Position numbers and translations under genes: made by a program
Shown: positions 56,753 to 64,000 of the stretch, one piece after another
Layout: each line of letters opens with the position of its first letter
How positions within the stretch are numbered: position 1 is the stretch's first letter
Source of the DNA: a virus
Taxonomy: Duplodnaviria; Caudoviricetes
Length of the DNA: 64,000 bases
Virus record (IMG/VR): IMGVR_UViG_3300020409_000014
Location: 10,503 to 74,502 of that record
Reading direction: 5' to 3' (one strand)
The notes under the pieces: model-generated
What the model was told of the DNA's origin: nothing
Databases searched by the model: none
Seen by the model: only the letters and a program-made list of their open reading frames with translations

Positions 56753-58211
56753 ACAATGTCCTGTTATAATATTCTAACGGATTGACTCCTAGTCTACCAT
56801 GATTCCATTCATGTGTCCAACTGTTTAGATGTGAGTCATCAGGTATTCCACCATGAAATAGGATCTCACTTTCAATGACATCATTAAATGGATTCCATCC
56901 ATGACCTGCCATGACACAAAATAGTGAATCTCCTGCTGCATTTCGCCAATCTAATTTACTGGCAAAATTATGTGACTCTTCCATCATTGTGATCTTAGCT
57001 GCCTCTATCATACCCTCATCAGGATATCTAATACTTGAGACATGTCTCCAATAAGGAGAATCCCTACGTTGAGTAAGAGCATAATGAAGAGCAACGAAAC
57101 TTGCAAAGCCATCGAATGCGAATGATACTGCCTTGTTATATGTATCTCTCATCATTTGAGTGGTATTCGGTTTCCACATCCTACAGAATTTCATTAAGAA
57201 TTCATGCACTGATAATAGACCATTAGACTCTAATGGCTCTATGAAACCTGCTGATAAACCAATAGACACTACATTACCACACCATATCTCTTTCTTCCTT
57301 CCTGTCTTGAAATGTATCTTTCTAAAACCTTCAGTATCATACTTAAGGAAAGATGCAAACTCTTTTAGTGCACTTTGATGATCTTGAAACTTACTAGAGA
57401 ATACATATCCTGTCCCAATTCTGGCAAATGTGGGCACTGTCCAGACCCAACCACTACTCAATGCTGTGCACTGTGTATATGATTTGAGTTGCTCTTTCTT
57501 TTGTTTATATTTTAAACGTGTGACCCATGCTGTGTCATTTGGTAACCAGTCACTATAATCTAACCACTCAGAATTGTTGAGTAGAGATGTAAATCCTGTG
57601 CAATCAAAATATAAATCTGCTTCGTGTTGTTTCTCATCTATCCACAAATATTTTATATCGTCTCCTACCCTCTCAAAATCATCTACTCTACCTATAATCC
57701 TGTTGACACTCTGGCATTTATTATCTCTTAACCAGTTAGCAAACTTTACTGCATCGAAATGGAAACCAGTATTCTTTTTAAGTTTAAAATTAGGATCCTT
57801 AATAGGTAACAGGTTATGCTCTGCACACTCTGCTGATATCCAATAATCTCTGGCAAATTTATCGTTACTCCAACCTTTCTTATATTGATTCCAAAACCAT
57901 ACGTCAGGATGAGCTAGATTTATGTTAGGTGTTCCGAATGGATACTGCCATGGTGTATCATCTACATCATGAAAATTACTAAACCTTACACTAATCTTAT
58001 ATGTGGCATCACATGCAGGCATCCACTCTTCATCTTTGAGTCCTACATAATCTGCCCATATCCTAAAATACTGAGTCGTAGACTCACCTACACCCACAGG
58101 GGGCACATCAGGCGACTCTACGACTGTAATTTTTGCTTCGGGAAATTTTGTCAGCATTGTGGTTGCTGTCATCCATCCAGATGACCCACCACCAATAATG
58201 TAAATCTTCAT
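56742..58211 (-). CDS. Flavin-dependent tryptophan halogenase-like protein (second paralog)
   Basis: IIGGGSSGW, GVGEST, CDATYK, FHFDA, FDCTGF, GWVWTVP, FIEPLES. Confidence 0.9.
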   Translation of the reverse strand: MKIYIIGGGSSGWMTATTMLTKFPEAKITVVESPDVPPVGVGESTTQYFRIWADYVGLKDEEWMPACDATYKISVRFSNFHDVDDTPWQYPFGTPNINLAHPDVWFWNQYKKGWSNDKFARDYWISAECAEHNLLPIKDPNFKLKKNTGFHFDAVKFANWLRDNKCQSVNRIIGRVDDFERVGDDIKYLWIDEKQHEADLYFDCTGFTSLLNNSEWLDYSDWLPNDTAWVTRLKYKQKKEQLKSYTQCTALSSGWVWTVPTFARIGTGYVFSSKFQDHQSALKEFASFLKYDTEGFRKIHFKTGRKKEIWCGNVVSIGLSAGFIEPLESNGLLSVHEFLMKFCRMWKPNTTQMMRDTYNKAVSFAFDGFASFVALHYALTQRRDSPYWRHVSSIRYPDEGMIEAAKITMMEESHNFASKLDWRNAAGDSLFCVMAGHGWNPFNDVIESEILFHGGIPDDSHLNSWTHEWNHGRLGVNPLEYYNRTLYAV

Positions 58212-58218
58212 ACTATAG

Positions 58219-58227
58219 ATTATAGCA
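58219..58227 (-). promoter_or_regulatory. Extended -10 promoter (TG-C-TATAAT), likely leaderless transcript for the halogenase/oxygenase block
   Basis: TATAAT 58219-58224 lies 8 nt upstream of the ATG at 58211. Confidence 0.55.
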
Positions 58228-58235
58228 TACTATTC

Positions 58236-58643
58236 TTAACTTGGATAGGGATCCCAAGCCATTCTACCTTCTACTTGTACTTTTTTAACATCCTCTGTAA
58301 ATGCAGGTGCACTACTTGGACTAGGAACATTTGCTTTTACAGATGCAACATGGTCTCTAAATGTTGTTGTGCCATTAATTTGGTCTTTATAGATCATATC
58401 TAATTGCTCTCCCACAGAACCATAGGCAATCGTGCGAGCAACAAGATATGCTTCTGCCTGATTTTCTAGCTCTGAGCGTGGGTAGATAACACCATTGACC
58501 ATACGGTGCTCATTAGTTGTGTCGTCAGGGACTTCCATCCACCTTAATGTTGCATCAGCACCATCGTAGATCTGAAATTCATCTCCTTCTTCACATATGT
58601 CGGTGATCATTCCAGACTCACCGTGGATAATTGCTTTTTTCAT
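58236..58643 (-). CDS. Tail-fibre-associated small protein (possible chaperone)
   Basis: 135 aa; ARTIAYGSVGEQLDMIYKD..NGTTTF.DHV..VK motif recurrent in marine phage fibre loci. Confidence 0.65.
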   Translation of the reverse strand: MKKAIIHGESGMITDICEEGDEFQIYDGADATLRWMEVPDDTTNEHRMVNGVIYPRSELENQAEAYLVARTIAYGSVGEQLDMIYKDQINGTTTFRDHVASVKANVPSPSSAPAFTEDVKKVQVEGRMAWDPYPS

Positions 58644-58666
58644 TGGTTTGTTGAAAGAATCTTAGT

Positions 58667-58673
58667 TATTTAG
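58667..58673 (-). promoter_or_regulatory. Late-promoter-like element (CTAAATA)
   Basis: 24 bp upstream of ATG at 58643. Confidence 0.5.
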
Positions 58674-59479
58674 CCATAATATTCGTGGACTACTACCACA
58701 CCTTGTCTACCACTAGCACCTCTGTTGCTGTGCTGTGATCCATTTCCACCTGCTCCCCATGCAGAATGACCTTCGTGTCTATGAGAGTAATTACTTTGGT
58801 TGTGTGATGAGGGTTGTGATCCACCATAGTATGATCTACCACCTGCGTGGTTACCATATGAGTGATGAGATCCATGACCATTACCACCACCTCCATGGAC
58901 GTTTAGGTTTCCACCTGAGCCATTACCACCATATCCACCTGCGTGTTGAGTTGAGCAATTAGCACCAACACCACCACTTGCTGAGCAGTATCCACCAAAA
59001 CTAGATGAGTTGCCGTTGCCACCACATCCAGAATAGTTTGTGCCACCACCAGGATTTCCTACTGTAACAGATACTGAGCTGACATTTTGCACATCAATAA
59101 CTCTCTGTGACATACCACCTGCACCACCTGCTTCGGTATATCCTGACCCACCACCACCTGCACCGACGACGGTGACCATAATACTTTTACAATCAGAGGG
59201 TTTTGTCCATGTGCCATTAGATGTCCAGACCTGCATTGATCTGAATCCAGATACAGATGATGCTTCTACCCATGATAGGTTTGTGCCATCAGTTTGTAGG
59301 AATCTTCCTGCCTGACCTGACATGTTAGGTATAATGTATTTTGATGATCCAGTTACACTACCGTTGATAGTAATGTCTCCCACGATCAATGTAGCATTAG
59401 CAGTAATACCACCAGTGCTTAGTGTGAATCCTGCAATACCTGCAAGGTCTTTTACATTGTTAACTCGTAGTGTGCTCAT
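58670..59479 (-). CDS. Gly/His-rich fibre/adhesin protein, paralog 1
   Basis: 269 aa; MSTLRVN fibre N-terminus, FLQTDGTNLSW linker, VWTSNGTWTKP..VTVVGAGGGG glycine-rich domain ending GVVVVHEY. Confidence 0.75.
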   Translation of the reverse strand: MSTLRVNNVKDLAGIAGFTLSTGGITANATLIVGDITINGSVTGSSKYIIPNMSGQAGRFLQTDGTNLSWVEASSVSGFRSMQVWTSNGTWTKPSDCKSIMVTVVGAGGGGSGYTEAGGAGGMSQRVIDVQNVSSVSVTVGNPGGGTNYSGCGGNGNSSSFGGYCSASGGVGANCSTQHAGGYGGNGSGGNLNVHGGGGNGHGSHHSYGNHAGGRSYYGGSQPSSHNQSNYSHRHEGHSAWGAGGNGSQHSNRGASGRQGVVVVHEYYG

Positions 59480-61062
59480 CTGAAGTACAATTCAATCCTT
59501 GCTGATCTATTTATTCCGTTACGGTTCTGGCAACAGTTGATACGATCTCCTGCTGAGTAACTACCAAAGTTACCACTCATACCAATACCACCTGATACGT
59601 CATCAGAGTTCATATCCGCTTCTGGATATCCACCAGACCCACCACCGTTTTCATTCCATCCAAATCCCCAACGTGTGCGTGCCCAACCACCATTGTTTCT
59701 GTAGTTGAATCCGTAGAATCTAACGTGTGACTGTCCAGAGAATTGTCCAATACCACAAAACTCATTAGCATTAGACTTATAGAATCTATCTACCTGAGAC
59801 CAGAATGTAATAGGGACGATTCTACCACCTCTACCATATCCTGTGTTGAAATCTGTTTCAAACCATGTCCATCCTCTATTAGTATCAGGGACGCATCCAC
59901 CATTACCTATATCTGGCCAGATACCTAAAATATCTTTCGCTGCAAACTTATTCATGGTCTCAAACTTAGCGTCACCATCATTAGTATTATATTGTGACTC
60001 ATTAAGGACGTTGTTAGATGTCCAGTAACTAGAATCCCAGTTAAATGTGGTGCCTCTAGTTGCTTTCATACCCATCATCCATCCACCACCTAACCATCTA
60101 TTATCCATTAGACAATAGATTTGTCTGACAGTGCCACCAAAGTTTATCCAATAAACTCCATCACCTGCATTAGGATTTCTAACCTTGATTTCCTCTGCTG
60201 ATGTTGCAGGGTTACCAGATGATGTGCCATAACTGGTATCTGCAGTTACTGGTTTACCGTAGTATTCGTGGACTACGACAACACCTTGTCTACCACTAGC
60301 ACCTCGGTTTCCATGCTGTGATCCATTACCACCTGCACCCCATGCTGAGTGACCTTCATGTCTATGACTATAGTTACTTTGGTTGTGAGAAGACGGTTGT
60401 GATCCTCCGTAGTAACTTGCTCCTCCTGCGTGGTTTCCGTAGGAATGATGAGATCCGTGGGCGTTTCCTCCTCCACCAAATACGTTTAGTGTGCCACCAA
60501 TACCTTCTCCCCCTAAACCACCTTCGTGCTGCTGAATACAATTTGATCCTCCTCCACCTGCACCAGTCACATAGGATCCGAAACTTGAAGAGTTACCGTT
60601 TCCACCACATCCTGCGTAGTTTGTACCTCCGCCAGGATTTCCTACTGTTACTGATACAGATGTTACATTTGTTACGTCGATGACACGCTGAGACATTCCT
60701 CCTGCTCCGCCTGACTCACAATATCCTGATCCACCACCACCTGCTCCGACGGCTGTAACCATGATACTAGTGCAGTCAGACGGTCTATTCCATGTGCCGT
60801 TGCCTGTCCACACATTCATACTTCTAATACCTGCAAGACCTGCTGCTTCTACCCATGAAAGGTTAGATCCATCAGTTTGCAATAATTTCTCGGCATTACC
60901 TGCCTGTCTTGGAATGATATGTCCAGAGTTACCTGATATCGCTCCATTGATTACAATATTACCTACTACCAAAGGAAGTGTAGCAGTTACTCCACCATTA
61001 GATAGAGAAAATCCACCTGTGTCGGTTAGATCATTAATAGATGATACTTTTAATAGACTCAT
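59476..61062 (-). CDS. Gly/His-rich fibre/adhesin protein, paralog 2, with C-terminal fibrinogen-like domain
   Basis: 528 aa; same domain followed by PATSAEEIK..NP...DGVYWI...QIYCLMD...GGGW. Confidence 0.75.
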   Translation of the reverse strand: MSLLKVSSINDLTDTGGFSLSNGGVTATLPLVVGNIVINGAISGNSGHIIPRQAGNAEKLLQTDGSNLSWVEAAGLAGIRSMNVWTGNGTWNRPSDCTSIMVTAVGAGGGGSGYCESGGAGGMSQRVIDVTNVTSVSVTVGNPGGGTNYAGCGGNGNSSSFGSYVTGAGGGGSNCIQQHEGGLGGEGIGGTLNVFGGGGNAHGSHHSYGNHAGGASYYGGSQPSSHNQSNYSHRHEGHSAWGAGGNGSQHGNRGASGRQGVVVVHEYYGKPVTADTSYGTSSGNPATSAEEIKVRNPNAGDGVYWINFGGTVRQIYCLMDNRWLGGGWMMGMKATRGTTFNWDSSYWTSNNVLNESQYNTNDGDAKFETMNKFAAKDILGIWPDIGNGGCVPDTNRGWTWFETDFNTGYGRGGRIVPITFWSQVDRFYKSNANEFCGIGQFSGQSHVRFYGFNYRNNGGWARTRWGFGWNENGGGSGGYPEADMNSDDVSGGIGMSGNFGSYSAGDRINCCQNRNGINRSARIELYFR

Positions 61063-61065
61063 TAG

Positions 61066-61875
61066 TTAACCCCAATACTCATGCACAACAACAATACCCT
61101 CACGACCTCGGGCACCTCTGTTACTATGTCGAGATCCATTTCCACCAGATCCCCACGCTGCGTGTAATTCATGTCTATGTGACCAGTTTACTTGGTTATG
61201 TCCTGCAGGTTGTCCACCTCCATAATAACTCACACCAGATGTATAGTTACCATAACTATGGTGTGACCCATGACCATTACCCCCGCCACCATGCACATTC
61301 AATGATCCACCACTACCGTTTCCACCATATCCACCTGCGTGTTGCTGAGAGCAATTAGCTCCTACTCCACCAGATGCACTACAGTATGACCCGAATGATG
61401 ATGTGTTTCCATTACCACCACACCCTGAGTAGTTTGTGCCACCACCAGGATTTCCTACTGTTACTGATACAGATGAAACGTTTGTCACGTCAACTTGACG
61501 TTGTGACATACCGCCTGCACCACCTGCTTCGCAATAACCTGATCCTCCACCACCTGCTCCAACACATGTTACCATGATGTTTTTACAATCATTTGGTCTA
61601 TTCCATGTGCCATTACCAGTAAACACTGACATTGATCTGATTCCAGATCTTGTTGTCAATGCTGACCATGACGGATTAGATCCATCAGTAGTCATAAACT
61701 TTCCACCTTGACCAGACTGTGACGGTACAATATAAGATGAAGATCCAGAGATAACTCCGTTTACTACTAGATCACTAACAGTCAATGTACCATTAATTGA
61801 GATGGTAGTGTTAGTGATACTAAAACCATTAACACCTGACGTATCTTGAATTGTATTTACTCTTAATAGTGCCAT
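61066..61875 (-). CDS. Gly/His-rich fibre/adhesin protein, paralog 3
   Basis: 269 aa; colinear with paralog 1 over the full length. Confidence 0.75.
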   Translation of the reverse strand: MALLRVNTIQDTSGVNGFSITNTTISINGTLTVSDLVVNGVISGSSSYIVPSQSGQGGKFMTTDGSNPSWSALTTRSGIRSMSVFTGNGTWNRPNDCKNIMVTCVGAGGGGSGYCEAGGAGGMSQRQVDVTNVSSVSVTVGNPGGGTNYSGCGGNGNTSSFGSYCSASGGVGANCSQQHAGGYGGNGSGGSLNVHGGGGNGHGSHHSYGNYTSGVSYYGGGQPAGHNQVNWSHRHELHAAWGSGGNGSRHSNRGARGREGIVVVHEYWG

Positions 61876-61876
61876 G

Positions 61877-62212
61877 TTAACTTATAAAGGGTTTCAGTGC
61901 TTCATAGAAAGTCCCAGAGGTATTTAGCGTACCTGCGTCTATGTCTTTCCATAGTTTGTCAAGCAATTCACTTGTTGTAGGTCTAAAGTTAGTGACGGTG
62001 TAATTCATCTCTTTGACTTTAGTTAGAATTGCAACTGGATCATAATCTCTATTATCATTAAATACAATTCTATAAGGATCAATGTTTGTCATTGTATATG
62101 ATTGACCAGGATGCAATGCTTCGATTGCTTCCTTAATTACAACCTCATCTTGAGCAATGGTTTGCTTATCCCTTACTCTTTCACAAAACTTTTTCCAATC
62201 AGATTCAATCAT
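61877..62212 (-). CDS. Tail-fibre-associated small protein
   Basis: 111 aa; AIEALHPG...ELLDKLWKDIDAG.L...G.FY motif related to the 58236 protein. Confidence 0.65.
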   Translation of the reverse strand: MIESDWKKFCERVRDKQTIAQDEVVIKEAIEALHPGQSYTMTNIDPYRIVFNDNRDYDPVAILTKVKEMNYTVTNFRPTTSELLDKLWKDIDAGTLNTSGTFYEALKPFIS

Positions 62213-63120
62213 TAGTTACCTCTCACCTCTAGTGCTAAAAGTGTGCTGACACCTCTCATGTCATTACTATCCCTATCATTTATATAGAGATCTCGTATCG
62301 ACCCACCCCATGATGCAGAAGCACCAACGGTATATGTGACAGCGTTAGTTGTGCCAGGTGAATCATGATAGTGGACAGGTACTGAATACATATAAGAAGC
62401 ATTATCATAACCAGATCCTTCATATTGGGTTGTAACAGCTCCATTACTTACATTACTATTACCAGAGAGTCCACTAGTAATTAGATTACCATCACGGAAG
62501 AAACCAAATGACGTGACGTGGGAACATGTAGAGCTTACCATTGCTATCAATACAATCTTAGAGTTTGTATGTGTAGGTGCAATCGATACCTCTAGGTTAG
62601 GAATTTGTGCCAACTCATTAGATCTTATAAGATAACGATCTGGCGGTGTGGATGCAAACTTTGCCTGCACAACCTCTCCCTCTTTTAGGTCATTCTCTTC
62701 TCCACCAAGAATAAACCATGATGCACCATTTTCAATGGTAACTGTATATCCACTTGCTACTTCTACAGGACCTGCTGTAAAACCATTGGTGAATTCAACT
62801 CCACCATTTGCTGTAGGTCCTATTGTTAAACTCTCACCGATTGTAGGACCATTTGTACGAATGATAGAATCCTCTCCAACAGAAGGTCCTCCACCACCTA
62901 CGTCGTCCCAACCTGGCACACCCTGTGCAGCATCTTGAAGATAAATCTGTGCCATGTCTTCGGTTGCATTATAAACCAAAGTACCAAAGGCAGGTGTACC
63001 GAGACCATTAATTGCTGTTTGAGTAAGGGAAGGCAGGTTGATCTGCTCTGTCACAGTTAGAGCAGTAATAATTGCTCTTGTGGCAGCGTCAATCTGATTA
63101 CCATTAATCTTAGTAGACAT
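62212..63120 (-). CDS. Tail fibre/virion protein
   Basis: 302 aa; IIRTNG.TIGESLTI...AGPVEVASGYTVTI and C-terminal SIAPTHTNSKIVL...TYTV...STLLALEV fibre-tip-type domain. Confidence 0.7.
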   Translation of the reverse strand: MSTKINGNQIDAATRAIITALTVTEQINLPSLTQTAINGLGTPAFGTLVYNATEDMAQIYLQDAAQGVPGWDDVGGGGPSVGEDSIIRTNGPTIGESLTIGPTANGGVEFTNGFTAGPVEVASGYTVTIENGASWFILGGEENDLKEGEVVQAKFASTPPDRYLIRSNELAQIPNLEVSIAPTHTNSKIVLIAMVSSTCSHVTSFGFFRDGNLITSGLSGNSNVSNGAVTTQYEGSGYDNASYMYSVPVHYHDSPGTTNAVTYTVGASASWGGSIRDLYINDRDSNDMRGVSTLLALEVRGN

Positions 63121-63139
63121 CTACTTCCTCTCGATATTT

Positions 63140-63146
63140 TATTTAG
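63140..63146 (-). promoter_or_regulatory. Late-promoter-like element (CTAAATA)
   Basis: 20 bp upstream of ATG at 63120. Confidence 0.55.
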
Positions 63147-64000
63147 ATAACCAATTCTCTTACATGTATAGTGTCTCCTGATTGAGGCACTGTACCTATA
63201 GAGAAGTCAACTGAGTTTCCACTCACTTGATAATCAACACCTGGCACTTGACATACTCCATTAAGGAATACCAAGAGTGAGTATGAAGTATGACCTGCAG
63301 ATATAGCAAAGGTTGCAGTTGCTCCATCGCCACTATATGTTGTGCCGTTGTTAGAGTTTGCTAAACCAGTTGCAAGTGTATACTTATCTGCTGATCCATA
63401 GTTACCTGATACATCAAGGTTGCCATCGATGTAGAAGTTACCACCAATCTTCATTCTATTTGTAGCATCAGGTGCTATACCAACACCATAGTGTGTGACG
63501 CCACTATAACGATTTGATGTGATGGGTGAAGTATCACTCAAACCAAACTTATACCATGTGCCTGCATCATAAATCCAACCAAGTGCTTGACCTGGTTGCC
63601 AATCAATGTTGTAACACATGTCTCCTGAGTTGAATGCAGACCCTGCCTGTGTAACAGGTAATCCAGATCCGTCATCCTCAGCTAGGAATGTTTTTCTCAG
63701 CACTGTGCCGTCGTCGTTAGAGTATGTAAACTCTAGTGACTGGACTTCATCCTGTGATGTAACTTTCTTTTGGAAAGTAACAGGACCTGAGAATACAGAT
63801 TCTAACTGGTTAGATGCACCACCAATTACGGTTAGTTTGTCAGTTAAGACCAACTCTGAGAATGTCTCAATAGTTGTGCCCTCTTCACCCAACACGTTAA
63901 GTTGTGCAATATCCTCATTAGTTATCTGACCTGTAACTGGGTTAATAACCTGGTTACCAACAAATAACTCACCATCACTATTAACACCAGAGTAGTATGC
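63143..64000 (-). CDS. C-terminal part of a large tail-fibre/structural protein (continues beyond window end)
   Basis: Frame open to base 64000 (AYYSGVNSDGELFVGNQVINPVTGQ...); ends in GDGATATFAI..LLVFLNGVCQVPGVDY module shared with gp7. Confidence 0.8.
   Translation of the reverse strand, partial: AYYSGVNSDGELFVGNQVINPVTGQITNEDIAQLNVLGEEGTTIETFSELVLTDKLTVIGGASNQLESVFSGPVTFQKKVTSQDEVQSLEFTYSNDDGTVLRKTFLAEDDGSGLPVTQAGSAFNSGDMCYNIDWQPGQALGWIYDAGTWYKFGLSDTSPITSNRYSGVTHYGVGIAPDATNRMKIGGNFYIDGNLDVSGNYGSADKYTLATGLANSNNGTTYSGDGATATFAISAGHTSYSLLVFLNGVCQVPGVDYQVSGNSVDFSIGTVPQSGDTIHVRELVI

Noticed and set aside
58670-61875. Diversity-generating retroelement (template/variable repeats) among the fibre paralogs
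   Set aside because: No reverse transcriptase in the window; differences are largely synonymous and not adenine-specific; all copies are intact genes
448-63929. Numerous + strand ORFs (60-172 aa) and short alternative-frame minus ORFs in the track
   Set aside because: All lie inside longer, motif-supported minus-strand genes, lack motifs, and show Pro/Ser/Thr-rich antisense composition
1-64000. tRNA, rRNA or photosynthesis/bilin auxiliary genes (psbA, pebS, cpeT)
   Set aside because: No cloverleaf or recognisable motifs found in this window; they may lie elsewhere in the genome

Overview
64 kb segment of a T4-like marine cyanomyovirus (Kyanoviridae-type; AT-rich, host probably Prochlorococcus/Synechococcus). 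Essentially every real gene is on the minus strand; the + strand ORFs of the track are antisense shadows. Three blocks. (1) 1-37.4 kb, late baseplate module: VrlC/DUF4815-like protein (partial), gp8, a Gly-repeat structural protein, a gp9/10-like protein ending in a cupredoxin-like domain, a YHYH+Ig protein, a 7343-aa gp7-like protein, gp6, gp25, PAAR spike, a 1223-aa protein and an NlpC/P60 hydrolase, with T4-type late promoters. (2) 37.5-50.5 kb, early region: about 35 small ORFs (many below the track cutoff) behind eight copies of a palindrome-plus-TATAAT promoter, two beta-class DNA methylases, a PD-(D/E)xK nuclease candidate paired with one methylase, an SF2 helicase and three 2OG-Fe(II) oxygenases. 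(3) 50.5-64 kb: five more Fe(II)/2OG or JmjC oxygenases and two tryptophan-halogenase-like enzymes next to three paralogous Gly/His-rich fibre/adhesin genes and further tail-fibre genes. Most striking observation: gp7 carries about eight globin-like repeats that align by eye, with matching spacing, to phycobiliprotein subunits, keeping cysteines at both the Cys84-like (CxRD) and beta-Cys155-like bilin attachment positions. This suggests a possibly chromophorylated, light-responsive virion. All family assignments are by motif recognition; no searches were run.
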